Positions 1-13,482 of a stretch of 64,000 bases of DNA are shown piece by piece (within the stretch, counting starts at the first letter, position 1; each line of letters starts with the position of its first letter). The notes beneath the pieces were generated by a model, which was not told the DNA's origin, did not search any database, and saw only the letters and a program-made list of their open reading frames with translations. A program made the position numbers and the translations under genes. Source of the stretch: Eledone cirrhosa (Eukaryota); assembly GCA_964016885.1 (NCBI GenBank), contig OZ024757.1, positions 3,658,001-3,722,000 on the forward strand, in the 5' to 3' direction.

Positions 1-1370
1 GTGGTGAGGTATAGTCTGGTGTAGTGCAATGTGGTGTAGTGTACTGTGTTATGGTGTAGTTTAGTGTAGTGTAGTCTAGTGTAGTGTGGTGTAGTGTAGT
101 GTTGTGTAGAATAGTATGGTGTAGTATAGTGTAGTGTGGTGCAGTGTAGTGTGGTGTAGCGTGGTGTAATGTAGTATGGTGTAATGTAGCGTGGTGTAGT
201 GTGGTGTCGTGTAGTGTGGTGTACTGTAGTGTTGTGTGGTGTGGTGTAGTGTGGTGTACTGTGGTGTGGTTTAGTGTGGTTTAGTGTATTGTGATGTAGT
301 ATAGTGTGGTGTAGCGTGGTGTAGTGTAGTGTAGTGTAGTGTAGTGTGGTGTAGTGTAGTGTGGTGTGGTGTAGTATGGTGTAATGTTGGTGTTGTGTGG
401 TGGGGTGTGGTGTAGTTTGGTGTGGTGTAGTGTAGTGCGGTGTGGTGTAGTGTAGTGTAGTGTGGTGTCGTGTGGTGTAGCGTAGTGAAGTGTAGTGTAA
501 TGTTGTGTAGTGTAGTGTAATGTAGTGTAGTGTGGTGTAGTGTGGTGTGGTGTAATGTAGTGTGGTGTAGTGTGGTGTAGTGTAGTGTTGTGTGGTGTAG
601 TGTATTGTAGTGTGGTGTAGTGTGGTGTAGTGTAGTGTGGTGTAGTGCAGTGTGGTTTAGTGTGGTTTGGTGTAGAGTAGTGTGCTGTAGTGTAGTGTGG
701 TGTAATGTATAGTGGTATGGTGTGGTGTGGTGTAGTGTGGTATAGTGTGGTGTAGTGTAGTGTACTGTGGTGTAGTGTAGTGTGGTGTATGTATGGTGTA
801 ATGTAGTGCGGTATGGTGTGGTGAGGTGTGGTATAGTGTGGTGTAGTGTGGTGTGGTGTAGTGTAGTGTGGTATGGTGTGGTGTGATTTGGTGTGGTGTA
901 GTTTTAGTGTGGTGTAGTATATGGTGGTATGGTGTGGTGTAGTGTGGTGTAGTGTGGTGTAGTGTAGTCTAGTGTGGTGTGGTGTAGTGTAGTTTGTTGT
1001 GGTGTAGTGTGGTGTGATGTAGTGTGGTGTAGTGTAGTGTAGTGGAGTGTATTGTAGTGTGGTGTTGTGTAGTGTGGTGTAGTGTAGTGTGGTGTAGTGT
1101 AGTGTAGTGTAGTGTAGTGTAGTGTAGTGTAGTGTAGTGTAGTGTAGTGTAGTGTAGTGTAGTGTGGTGTAGTGTAGTGTTGTTTGGTGTAGTGTGGTGT
1201 GGTCTAGTCTGGTGTAGTGTAATGTGGTGTAGTGTGGTGTAGTGTGTTGTGGTGTAGTGTGGTGTGATGTAGTGTGGTGTAGTGTGGTTTGCATCAGTGT
1301 GGTATGGTGTGGTTTAGTGTGGTGTAGTGTGGTGTAGTGTTGTGTAGTATAGTGTAGTGTAGTGTGGTGT
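1..1370. repeat. Degenerate pentamer satellite (GTAGT/GTGGT)n, truncated by window start
   Basis: Continuous GTAGT/GTGGT units; the 370-aa HYTTL ORF is just its translation. Confidence 0.95.
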
Positions 1371-1769
1371 ATAAATATACAATTCGTAGGCACGAAACAT
1401 GCCGGAAAATATCAATTTCCTTAAGAGCGACCAACAACAGTAACAACAACACCAGCAACAACAACAGCACTAAAAAACAACAACAAAAGTAACAACAACA
1501 TTGAACGAAAGATGTTCGCAGCCGTCACGTGACTACAATGCAGGTTTCTCTGCTAATCACACATGTACCAGATATGCACTTTTTATTGCGCCTATCTGCA
1601 TAGCTGTCTGAGCACGTGGTTTTATTGATACAGACAGATCGAAGGGAGGATGAGCTCTGCGGTAACACAGTAGTATAGATTTGTATGTGGCTGTTGTTTT
1701 GGGTTGCAGGAAGAAATCCTTAACTACACAACCCTACCTACCCCTACATCTACCTATATTTGTGTGTAG

Positions 1770-1870
1770 CCCGCCGAGGTTAACTTTACCTTTCATCGTT
1801 ATGGGGTCGATAAAATAAAGTACCAGCAATGTACTGAGTATTTGCTGTCCTTGTGCCAAAAGTAGAACAA

Positions 1871-1900
<30 letters not shown>
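1770..1900 (+). mobile_element. 5'-truncated copy of tRNA-derived SINE with (ATT)n tail
   Basis: Matches 3' part of the 1906-2103 copy (gaggttaacttt..cctttcatc..ggggtcgataaaataaagtaccag). Confidence 0.8.
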
Positions 1901-1902
<2 letters not shown>

Positions 1903-1905
1903 CGT

Positions 1906-2103
1906 GGGCGGTGGATTGGCAGTATTGGTAGAGGGTCGGACGCCATGCTTTGATGTATAGAGTTACGGCCCTTGCCATTCTGAGTTCAAATCCCGCCAAG
2001 GTTAACTTTGCCTTTCATCCTTACGGGGTCGATAAAATAAAGTACCAGTAATGCACTGGGTATTTGCTGGCCTTGTGCCTAACGTAGAAACAATTATTAT
2101 TAT
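1906..2103 (+). mobile_element. Full-length tRNA-derived SINE
   Basis: Pol III A-box-like TGGCAGTATTGG, B-box GAGTTCAAATCC, conserved core gcctttcatccttacggggtcgataaaataaagtaccag, ATT tail; six copies in window. Confidence 0.88.
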
Positions 2104-2177
2104 ATACGTACCTGTTTGTGTAGGTATATTCATATGTATATATATGTATATATATATATATATATATCTAGAGTTAC

Positions 2178-2229
<52 letters not shown>

Positions 2230-2231
<2 letters not shown>

Positions 2232-4876
2232 GTGGAACACTGGAAGGTAATATCCGTAGTGGTGTACCACTCAGTCCAAGGGACGAGTTAGGTAGAAGTA
2301 GTTACGCAACAGTTAGTTCACCATACCGAGAACAATTGTTTCACCTTAGCGGATCTTCAGCTCGGGATGTTTATGGTTATAGGAACAGGAAGGACAACCG
2401 TACGAACGCGCATGCGCAGAAACTCGATCATTCCACACAGGCAATACTAGACTGCGTGCGAGAGGTGTAAGGGAGATAACTGCGAAAGTCCGGAAACTTT
2501 TTAGGTTGAAAATAAAATTAAAATAAAATTAAAAATAAAATTACAAAGAATCAGTCCGGAGCCTTGTAGTTATGCAATAGATGTTTGGTGACGTGTAGAC
2601 AACGTGTGAAAAATTCACCTCTCGTGTTTAGGCAATCACTATTGTGTAATCTCTTTAGGATAGTTATTCGTTCGTCAATACATAAGCCACACGTCGGATT
2701 TCCCCTTGCATATGGCTTGGACTTAGTGATGGCTTTCCATTGAATAGAATAGCCTATACTTGAGTCCTTGAGGGACCATACGTGACTCGCGAGTTTGGTG
2801 GATGAAGGTCTGTCCGGGTATCTGAAGGTAGACTGGTGGTTCAGGAAACCAACACTCCTTGAATCGGCCCTCCGCCATGCCCACATAGGATTTGACCTCC
2901 TGTGGTTCGTTTGTTCGGTTGGAAGGGACCACAGCTTCAGAGATTACAGCTGGTGTATTGCATTGCTCTTGAAGGGGGCAAGCTTCAGGGTTACGGCAAG
3001 AGCACCCTGGTGGGGTGTTGCTCCTAGGGCTGCTGGTGATGTGGGCCTTCATGTTCTTAGCGCAGGAGTATCCTAGTTTAACTTTGTTTCGGTTAAAGAT
3101 GGAGCGGTATTTATGACCTGTGGGTAAGTCTCTATCTAAGAGGGCTATAAATTGTTTTCTTACATTGGTTTTAACGTTGAGTGAGAAGGGAGGAGAGAAC
3201 CAGATAGTTTGTCTATTGTTGCGCTTACTTTTCTTAATGGTGTTGTTGCTAGTGGGAGAGTAAGTGATAGGTTGTGAGAAGCCGCTGTTAGCCAACGCCG
3301 TGTTATAGTAGGGTGCCGCCCTGTCAAAGATAGCCTTATTAGAGGAGAGGTTTGAGATACTAGTACTGATATTCTTAACGAAGCTTCCAAAAACAGTGGG
3401 AGGGTGGCATGAGTCCTTGTGAATGTAATTAAGTTTCTCGTTTAGCTTATGGAAGGGTCTGTGGGTGGGTGTGCGAAGGTCTCAATTAATGTCTAAGAAA
3501 TCTACGCTAGAGAGGTTGGGGCTACTGTTATCCTAAGGCCTAACTCATTGAAAGTAGAAGCTAAGTCTTTTTTAAACCGGTCGAGGTCGTGACCACTTTT
3601 ATGGCTCGATAAAGAAAGTCCATCGTCACGGTATATTCCTGTGTGGAAGTCCGGGAATCTAACACGTAATATGTCTAAGATAAAAAGGCCAACCAAGTCA
3701 CATACGTCAGCACTGTCAAACGATCCCATGGAGACGTCGAACAGGTCTGAAAATGTAGACTTCTTTGCCCAGGCTACTCTGTCGTTGAAGAGGGGGTTTT
3801 CCGGCAGTGAGCGATGATTTCCCTGTCTAAACCATCGACGGTGGTATAAGTGGTAGCGAAGTCCAACGCTCTGTTTAACAGGGTCTCTGAGATCGACGGG
3901 TAAAAATCGACAATGTCAAACTGTGTGACGCTTTTTTGGATTTTAAGGTGTTAAACCACTTAATTACGGAGTCGCTGTTCTCCCACTGGGGCAGGTTGGA
4001 ATTGGTCCTAATGGTCTTAACTATGTTTCTAAGTATGATCTTACTGACTAGTCCCATTACTGTGCGTACCGGGTTTATTAGTCTACATGTGGGATTAGAA
4101 GTAAAGTCTACCTTGTGATCTTTCAGGGTGAGGAACGCCTCCCGCTTAGCTAGAGATTGTAGCTTCTTATCTACCTTAAAATCGGTGGCGAGTTCCTTGG
4201 CTTCTGTATTAATGTCGTGGTAGGCCATAGGGTTAGCTTTCTTATATTGAGAAGTAATAGCGTTATGGGCTAGGTGGCAGAAAGTGGTGTTGTTGACTTC
4301 GTAAGTATTATTAGTTTTGTTGGAAAGGACGAAGGTGTTATTAGAAGACCTAAATTTCTTAATATCGTTTCTGAGTTTCGTTTGAAAGGTGTTAGTGAGT
4401 TTGCGAAAGGAAATGTTAGCGACTAAGTCAAGAAGATCCGTCTCGAAAGGAGCAAGTTCGCTTACCTTAGGAGGGTAGGCTCTCGATTTCAGGTTGAAGG
4501 TGTTGTTGGTGCCTGTAATTTTGCCGTCGAAAGCTAGGGCTCGACATCTGACGACATCATCCGCTTTTTGTAGGAGGAGATTTTGGTAAACATGGTTGGA
4601 GGGAGTTGGAATATTTTTCAGGGAGTAATTCAGTTCGTATAAATCCATACTGACGTTGATGAGACGCAAAATTGTGTAGGACACGAGGATATATAGAGCG
4701 CTCTCAGGGTAGTAAGCCAAACTCGCACGCGGTGAAGAATCTGCTAAAAGCCAAACTTCTACGTAGTGAGGAGAATCTACTGACCGCTGTTGGAGACCTA
4801 GATAGTCGTGCAACACTGGAAGGTAATATCCGTAGTAGTAGAGCACTCAGTCCATGGGACGAGTTAGGTAGAAGTG
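2230..4876 (-). mobile_element. Naiad-type Penelope-like retroelement, decayed (RT + GIY-YIG in frameshifted pieces)
   Basis: ORF pieces with YSLKNIP, TLKDHK..F..NP..RLINP, MGSFDSADVCDLVG, IYRDDGL, WFSPPFS.NVKTN, CSCRNPEACPLQEQC, YVGMAEGRFKE, CGLC..E; ~65-bp direct terminal repeat 2236-2298 / 4812-4876. Confidence 0.9.
2326..2365 (-). ncRNA. Minimal type I hammerhead ribozyme (PLE pLTR)
   Basis: CCGAG-CTGAAGA-TCCGCTAAGGT-GAAAC-AATT-GTT-CTCGG on minus strand. Confidence 0.8.
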
Positions 4877-6390
4877 GAAAACCCTCTTCAACGCCGGTGT
4901 AGCCTGAGCAAAGAAGTCTACATCTTCAGACCTGTTCGACGTCTCCATGGGATCGTTTGACAGTGCTGACGTATGTGACTTGGTTGGCCTTTTTATCTTA
5001 GACATATTACGTGTTAGATTCCCGGACTTCCACACGGGAATATACCGTGACGATGGACTTTCTTTATCGAGCCATAAAAGTGGTCACGACCTCGACCGGT
5101 TTAAAAAAGACTTAGCTTCTACTTTCAATGAGTTAGGCCTTAGGATAACAGTAGCCCCAACCTCTCTAGCGTAGATTTAATAGAGCGTAGACATTAATTG
5201 AGCGTAGACATTAATTGAGACCTTCGCACACACACCCACAGACCCTTCCATAAGCTAAACGAGAAACTTAATTACATTCACAAGGACTCATGCCACCCTC
5301 CCACTGTTTTTAGAAATTTCGTTAAGAATATCAGTACTAGAATCTCAAACCTCTCCTCTAATAAGGCTATCTTTGACAGGGCGGCACCCTACTATAACAC
5401 GGCGTTGGCTAACAGCGGCTTCTCACAACCTATCACTTACTCTCCCACTAGCAACAACACCATTAAGAAAAGTAAGCGCAACAATAGACAAACTATCTGA
5501 TTCTCTCCTCCCTTCTCACTCAACGTTAAAACCAATGTAAGAAAACAATTTATAGCCCTCTTAGATAGAGACTTACCCACAGGTCATAAATACCGCTCCA
5601 TCTTTAACCGACACAAAGTTAAACTAGGATACTCCTGCGCTAAGAACATGAAGGCCCACATCACCAGCAGCCCTAGGAGCAACACCCCACCAGGGTGCTC
5701 TTGCCGTAACCCTGAAGCTTGCCCCCTTCAAGAGCAATGCAATACACCAGCTGTAATCTCTGAAGCTGTGGTCCCTTCCAACCGAACAAACGAACCACAG
5801 GAGATCAAATCCTATGTGGGCATGGCGGAGGGCCGATTCAAGGAGTGTTGGTTTCCTGAACCACCAGTCTACCTTCAGATACCCGGACAGACCTTCATCC
5901 ACCAAACTCGCGAGTCACGTATGGTCCCTCAAGGACTCAAGTATAGGCTATTCTATTCAATGGAAAGCCATCACTAAGTCCAAGCCATACGCAAGGGGAA
6001 ATCCGACGTGTGGCTTATGTATTGACGAACGAATAACTATCCTAAAGAGATTACGCAATAGTGATTGCCTAAACACGAGAAGTGAATTTTTCACACGTTG
6101 TCCACACGTCACCAAACATCTATTGCATAACTACAAGGCTCCGGACTGATTCTTAATAATTTTATTTTTAATTTTATTTTAATTTTATTTTCAACCTAAA
6201 AACTTTCCGGACTTTCGCAGTTATCTCCCTTACACCTCTCGCACGCAGTCTAGTATTGTCTGTGTGAAGTGATCGAGTTTCTGCGCATGCGCGTTCGTAC
6301 GGTTGTCTTTCCTGTTCCTATAACCATACACATCCCGAGCTGAAGATCCGCTAAGGTGAAACAATTGTTCTCGGTATGCTGAACTAACTG
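4877..6390 (+). mobile_element. Inverted, 5'-truncated second copy of the same Naiad-type PLE
   Basis: Reverse complement of ~2305-3797; ORF 4947-5174 identical to 3502-3729 and 5814-6149 nearly identical to 2551-2886. Confidence 0.93.
6335..6374 (+). ncRNA. Minimal hammerhead ribozyme
   Basis: ccgag ctgaaga tccgctaaggt gaaac aatt gtt ctcgg; stem I CCGAG/CTCGG. Confidence 0.82.
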
Positions 6391-7124
6391 TTGTGTTACC
6401 ATTTCTATACATATATACATATTTAATACATTAACAGAGAAAGCTTTAAGCAATACTCCGACCGGCTTCTGTCTCACTCAACAAACATTAGGATATACCT
6501 TAGTATAATCCCAATTATACGTTTGGGTGCAAACTATACGTATTTTGCGGATAGCCAGTTGTATTATTTTATACGAGACATAATTAAAATACATCTCTCT
6601 TTCCAAACGATCGTTTCATTATAAGTTTTCTACAAATAGGGAAAATAATGTCCAGGTTATGTAGAAGCCAACACATAGTCCGTAGGAATATATGTAGGTG
6701 GGCATGTAGTGGATGCCCGACAAATATCGACATAAAAAAAACCTTACCGATATTAATGTTCAGCGATGGTACCCCTCCGTGCTAGAATGACCGCCAAATT
6801 TGAAATTCCAGCAGTCTCACAATGAGAAATCTCACACTGCCATCAAGCGGAAAGGGGAGGTCATCGAAAAACATAAAAAGAATAAAATAATATGCACGCG
6901 GGTCAATTAATTCTTTCAATAATTTTAACCATGCGTGAAGAACTCAATTGGATATTAAAAACAAATATATGCATGTATTATTTATACACGCTTATAGGTA
7001 TTTTCTTAGGCTAAAAACAGAGATAAGATACCGGAAGAACAATCAATATTTCATACAAAGAATAAATACGGAAAGTCATACCTAAAAAGTATCTAGAAAT
7101 ATTTATCCCTGACCAAATCAAGAG

Positions 7125-7127
<3 letters not shown>

Positions 7128-7190
<63 letters not shown>

Positions 7191-7205
7191 ATATATGTAT
7201 ATATG

Positions 7206-7256
<51 letters not shown>

Positions 7257-7391
7257 GTGTGTTTATATATATATATACATATATATGTATATATATATTT
7301 ATATGTATATATATATATATACAAATATATACATATATGTATATATATATATATACATATATATGTATATATATATACATGTATGTATATG

Positions 7392-7426
<35 letters not shown>

Positions 7427-7464
7427 TTATATGTATATATAGATATATACATATATATATATAC

Positions 7465-7496
<32 letters not shown>
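7128..7496. repeat. (TA)n/(TG)n compound microsatellite
   Basis: Direct inspection. Confidence 0.95.
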
Positions 7497-7498
<2 letters not shown>

Positions 7499-7661
7499 TA
7501 GGTGTATAGCTACAGTAACAGGCAGTGTATATATATATATGTTAGGTGTGTAGCTACAGTAACAGGTCTATATATATATACATGTTAGTTAGGTGTGTAG
7601 CTAGAGTAACAGGTGTGTATATATACATACATGTTAGTTAGGTGTGTAGCTACAGTAACAG

Positions 7662-7750
<89 letters not shown>

Positions 7751-7773
7751 TATATAGATATATATAGATATAT

Positions 7774-7807
<34 letters not shown>

Positions 7808-7832
7808 CGCCTGTTACTGTAGCTACACACCT

Positions 7833-7872
<40 letters not shown>

Positions 7873-7946
7873 AGGTGTGTAGCTACAGTAACAGGTGTGT
7901 ATATATACATACATGTTAGTTAGGTGTGTAGCTACAGTAACAGGCG
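7497..7946. repeat. Seven copies of a 26-bp unit GTTAGGTGTGTAGCTACAGTAACAGG separated by (TA)n, one inverted
   Basis: Copies near 7497, 7541, 7588, 7637, 7870, 7919; inverted copy near 7810-7836. Confidence 0.85.
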
Positions 7947-8100
7947 GTATGCTCCACAAAGCACTCAATACTGTACGAGGTCCATCTCATGTTGTTCTCC
8001 ACAGTCAAGGCTGCTGTAGTGTGTAGAGTGTAAATAGATTAAGTGGAATCCAAATCAATGTTGCAACAAATGTACAAACTTTATTGACATATTACAACTG

Positions 8101-8134
<34 letters not shown>

Positions 8135-8625
8135 GCTTAAACCACACACACGTGCTTCCCACCACATATTTACACCCTCAGCCCCCTGATTCCTCTCCCC
8201 CCACCCCTCTATCCACACACGCACAGACCCTCCGACCCACAAAAACACCCCCCACACACACCTTCCTGAACATGCAACCCCGTTCTTCCCCCAACCCTCA
8301 CTTTCACATACACACACACGCACACCTAACCACACACACCACCTTCAGCCCTCCCCGCTCGGACACCCCGTCTCCCTCTCCCCATTCCACCCGCTACCAC
8401 CTCTACTCACCCCACACCCTTCCACCACCTGTTTACCCCCCTTTTAATTTCAGTTTATTTTGATCATGCCTTTATTTTTAAATTTTCTCATTCCTTGTAT
8501 TTTGATCATGCTTTATTTTTATTTATTATTTATTATATTTTTGTCTTTATTTGTTAATTTTTCATTCGCACCGTTTCCTTTCGCTATATGTCTCTCCACC
8601 ACTCCCCTACACACCTTTTGAACTC

Positions 8626-8662
8626 TCACCTGAAGAAGGGCTTATGCCCGAAACGTCGTCCC
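8626..8662 (+). ncRNA. Minimal hammerhead ribozyme in 5' pLTR
   Basis: CTGAAGA-AGGGCTTATGCCC-GAAAC-GTC. Confidence 0.8.
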
Positions 8663-9171
8663 CCACCTACCCCCCACTCTCCTGAGCGTGAATTTAATAA
8701 ACATTTGTCGTACTGCCTCTCTGTTCTGTCCCTGTTCAATTTTTCATTATACACAACACACGCTCACACGGCCTCCATCCTTGGAACTTAACTTAACAAC
8801 CGGCTCAACCCCGATCTAATCCGCCGTGACCTTTCTCCGAACTTTACACCCCTTCCCACACTTTGTCTTTCCTTCCACGCATTACCTCTGTTTGATTTTG
8901 TCACCGTACCCCTTTTTTTCCGTATATGATTCTTTGCCTGTGTTCTTACAATTGTATTTCTATGATTTTTTGTTCACGATTGTGTTATTACCTTTATTAT
9001 TTTTTGTCTTTAATTTTCCGGTGTTTACTCCCCCCCCCCTCCCTACGTTTTTCTGTTTCTTTTTCCCTTCCCCGTCTCTGCCTATCCTTCGCACTCACCC
9101 CTTCGTTCACTCCACCCCTCTTCACACCCCCGCCCTCTCACCCCTCCCCCTGCTTTCACCCAACGCCCATC

Positions 9172-11947
9172 ATGGCCAACCTGAGACCCTTTCTCCACCA
9201 ACTCCACAATCGCCTCAAACTTTTCCTCACCCCCCTCCTTCCACCCTGCTATCTCCCCTCCGCCCTTCATCTCTCCTACCTTCTCTTCGCCAAAACCCGG
9301 CACTCCAGCCACATCCATTTCCTCAGCCACTGCCTCCGCCTCCACCTTATCCCCCTTGGCTTCCGGCTACACTTCCACCCCTCCCCCGCTGCTTCCCCCT
9401 CCGCGCAACGTATCCTCACCCGATCCTCACACCTTCTGATGCGCAACTCCATCCGCGCCTCCCGTTCCACCCTCCGCCTACTTGACCACCAACTGACCCC
9501 CACCCTCCTCCGCCTTTACTCCACCTGCCACCCCCTCCTCGCCCAAGCCATCCTCTCCTTCATCCACAACCTCAACCACAACCTCTTCTCGTTCCTCAGC
9601 TCCACCAAAGCCCGCAAGCTACACTCACTCCTCCCAACCCCCTCCATCCACCACCACCCGCCCATCCCCATACGCCCCCCCCCTCTCCCCCACCCAATAT
9701 CCACCCCTCACCACACCCTCCCTTACCTCCCCAAACACCCAAACCCCACCCCTTGTTGTCACCATACCCCCTGACCTCCCCCTCTCCGCACCTGAACGCT
9801 CACTCCTTAGTAGAGGCCTTCGCTTCATACCCCACACTCCGCTCAGCGACGAGTTCCGCACCCGAACGGAAGTCGAGCGATTCGTGCGACGCACTAAGCT
9901 ACAGGCACATTTCAGCCGAACGCCACCGGCTCCGGACACCCCAGACCCGTTTCTCGCCCTAGGCCGACGACCATCTTCTTGGACGCCGGCCCCAGGGCAA
10001 TTTAGCACCCTGGACGCCTTCGTCGATGCCAGCCGTAGCGCAGTAAATCGTTTCGACTTCCGCCACCGTTCCAAACGGCACAACATCTCACGGGGCGAAC
10101 TCCTCGCTCTCCGCTCCCTCCGTAGCCGAGATGACATCGTCATCAAACCGGCGGACAAGGGAGGCGCCGTGGTGGTATGGCGCGCGGACCTCTACACGGC
10201 CGAAGCCCTCAGGCAGCTCTGTAACCCCCTCTTTTACCGCCCTCTACCCTCCGATCCCACCCCCCTCTACCAACAACAAGTCTCCTCCACCATCAAAGAC
10301 CTTATCGCCTCCTCCCTCCTCCCCCCACCGCTTCCCACCTCATCGTCCGCACCCCCCGCACCCCCACCATCTACTTCCTCCCCAAACTCCACAAACCCGA
10401 CAACCCCGGCCGCCCCATCGTCTTCGCTTGCAACTGCCCCACCGAACTCATCTCCGACTTTCTCGACTCCCTCCTCGCCCCCCTTGTCACCACCCTCCCC
10501 TCCCCCATCTCTGACACCAACCACGCCCTGCGCCTTTTCGACTCCTTCACCTACTTACCCGGCCCTCAGCCATTCCTCTTCACCCTAGACATCAAGTCCC
10601 TCTATACCGTCATCCCCCACGCTGATGGCCTTCGCGCCCTCAAACACTACCTCGACCTTCGCCCCCCCCCCCATTCCCTCCACCCCCACCCTCCTTCGCC
10701 TCGCCGAGCTGGTCCTCACCCTAAATTGTTTCTCCTTCTCGGGTGAGTTTTACCAACAGGTCACGGGGGTAGCCATGGGCACAAGAATGGGCCCGAACTA
10801 TGCCAACCTTTTTGTTGGCCATGTTGAGGCCCAAATCTTTGCCCAGTACACCGGCCCCACGCCCGAACTGTACGGTCGTTACATTGACGACTGTATCGGA
10901 GCCACGACTCTCACCCGAGTACAGCTCGACTCCTTTCTCTCCTTCTTCTGCTCCTTCCACCCCTCCCTCCACTTCACCACCTCTATCTCCACCACCCACG
11001 TCCACTTCTTGGACATCTCCGTCGCCTTCGACCCCTCCCACCACTCCCTCGTCACCTCTGCCTTCTTCAAACCCACCGACTCCCACTCTTACCTCGACTT
11101 CACCTCTTCCCACCCCACCCACACTAAACTCTCCATTCCCTACTCCCAACTTCTCAGGATCCGCCGCCTCTGTAGCCGAGATGCTGACTTCGAGTCCCAG
11201 GCCCTTTCCCTAGTCAGCCATTTCATCCGCAGAGGTTACCCCCCCTCTCTCGTCCACACCGCTCTCACCCGCGCCCGTGCTATCCCCCGCTCCACCACCC
11301 TCACCCCACGCCACCGCACACCCACCCACCGTCTCCCCTTCCCCATCACCTACCACCCCTCCACCTTACCCCTCCACCGCACCATCCGCCGCCTCTTCCG
11401 ACACCTCCAGTCCGACCCCTCCACCTCCCACATCTTCCCAGCCCCACCACTCCCCTCCTTCAAACGCGCTCGCAATCTCCGCACCCTCCTCATCCACAGC
11501 TCCCTACCCCCCAACCCACGCTCCCCCCCCGGTTCCTTCCCCTGTTCTAGGCCCCGCTGCAACACCTGTCCCCACATCACCAACACCACCACCTTCCAGG
11601 GTTCCAACGGCAACCCTCTCTCGGTCCGGCATGCCTTCCGCTGCACCTCCTCCAACCTAGTCTACGGACTTCGTTGCACGAGGTGCAGCGCGACTTATGT
11701 CGGACAGACGGGACGCCGCCTGGCGGACCGAGTCACGGAGCACCTCCGGGACATTCGTCTCGGGGGCAGTTCCCCCATCGCCCGCCACTTTGGTGGCCCT
11801 GGACACTCCGCACGCCATCTCACAGTCTGTGGCCTACTCCAGTGCCACGGAACACCCGCCCATCGCCTCACGGTCGAACAACGTACTATCTTCATCTTAC
11901 AGACCCACACTCCCCCCGGCCTGAACTCCCCACCCTTATTCCTTTAG
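9172..11947 (+). pseudogene. PLE RT + GIY-YIG endonuclease ORF with three apparent frameshifts
   Basis: IKPADKGGAVVV, LDIKSLYTVIPH, YQQVTGVAMGTRMGPNYANLF, RYIDD, FLDI, KPTDSHSYL, Cys linker CSRPRCNTC, VYGLRCTRCSATYVGQTGR, GLN; frame changes near 9750, 10325, 10665 at C-rich runs. Confidence 0.88.
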
Positions 11948-13298
11948 CGTTCGACCGCCCCCCTCCCCCCACACTTATCCCCCACTAACACCACTAACAC
12001 ACCCCTCCTTTTCACCGCCCACCCCACACTAACAATACTAACACCTCCACCCCACCCCTCATCTGACCACCCTTCCCCAACTAACATACTAACATCCCTT
12101 CCCTACCCTCTTCTCCTCCTCCCCCTCCTTATCACACGCACACACGCACCCACTTACACCACCCACCCCCACGCAACTAACATCACTAACACCCTCCAAC
12201 CCCACGCACACGTACCCACACACCCTCGTACACCACCAACTCTACACACCCTACCCCCACTAACCCCCACTCACACCTGCATTCCACCCCTCCCCACCTC
12301 CCGTATATTAACACCCACTAACACCCCTTCACCAAACTACACACACACCAGTACACCACACTCCCTCCATAGAACCACACACACCCTTCTCTCCCCGCTC
12401 CACACTCACTCATCCCACTAACACCCCTACTAATACACACACATACACACACACACACACACACACCCTCCTCACTCCAACTCTCACACCTACCCATCCT
12501 CGCCTCCCTACCATTCCGCCGACTGCTGCTATGCCCTTCCGACCACTGTCTCAGCACCAACTGACCACAGCACTTCCACTGCTGACCACTTCCTGTTGAG
12601 CGCGCACCCCACATCTCTCCTCTTCCGACCACCGCTTCTTGGATTACCCACACGCGTTTTGACTTCTCACCAAAATCTCCATACATCCGTGTAACTTACC
12701 ATTTTTCAACCACCCTCTTACACCACCACCTATATAACTCACCCACACACACACACCCCAAAACAAATTTTTTTTATCCACACGCCACCCACACCCACAA
12801 CACGCTTAAACCACACACACGTGCTTCCCACCACATATTTACACCCTCAGCCCCCTGATTCCTCTCCCCCCACCCCCCTATCCACACACGCACAGACCCT
12901 CCGTCCCACAAAAACACCCCCCACACACACCTTCCTGAACATGCAACCCCGTTCTTCCCCCAACCCTCACTTTCACATACACACACACACACGCACACCT
13001 AACCACACACACCACCTTCAGCCCTCCCCGCTCGGACACCCCGTCTCCCTCTCCCCACTCCACCCGCTACCACCTCTACTCACCCCACACCCTTCCACCA
13101 CCTGTTTACCCCACTTTTAATTTCAGTTTATTTTGATCATGCCTTTATTTTTAAATTTTCTCATTCCTTGTATTTTGATCATGCTTTATTTTTATTTATT
13201 ATTTATTATATTTTTGTCTTTATTTGTTAATTTTTCATTCGCACCGTTTCCTTTCGCTATATGTCTTTCCACCACTCCCCTACACACCTTTTGAACTC

Positions 13299-13333
13299 TC
13301 ACCTGAAGAAGGGCTTATGCCTGAAACGTCGTC
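13299..13333 (+). ncRNA. Hammerhead ribozyme in 3' pLTR
   Basis: CTGAAGA-AGGGCTTATGCCT-GAAAC-GTC. Confidence 0.75.
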
Positions 13334-13418
13334 CCCCACCTACCCCCCACTCTCCTGAGCGGGAATTTAATAAACATTTGTCGTACTGCCCCTCTGTTCT
13401 GTCCCTGTTCAATTTTTC

Positions 13419-13482
<64 letters not shown>

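Larger units (their letters stand above)
8133..13422 (+). mobile_element. Near-complete Neptune-type Penelope-like element with ~620-bp direct pLTRs
   Basis: Direct repeats ~8133-8751 and ~12802-13422, each with an HHR and AATAAA; internal RT/GIY-YIG ORF; (TA)n on both flanks. Confidence 0.92.

Noticed and set aside
281-1393. 370-aa His/Thr/Tyr-rich ORF
   Set aside because: Translation of a pentamer satellite lacking stops on one strand
1906-2000. tRNA gene
   Set aside because: A/B boxes belong to a multi-copy SINE head; no complete cloverleaf seen
7093-7910. YIYIYI / CVCVCV / HTHTHT ORFs here and throughout the window
   Set aside because: Dinucleotide microsatellite artefacts
10721-11149. 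Gly/Val/Glu-rich antisense ORFs over the Neptune and LINE ORFs
   Set aside because: Shadow frames caused by compositional skew of the sense ORF
8133-13422. LTR retrotransposon suggested by long direct repeats
   Set aside because: No TG..CA ends, gag, protease or integrase; RT/GIY-YIG and HHRs indicate a PLE
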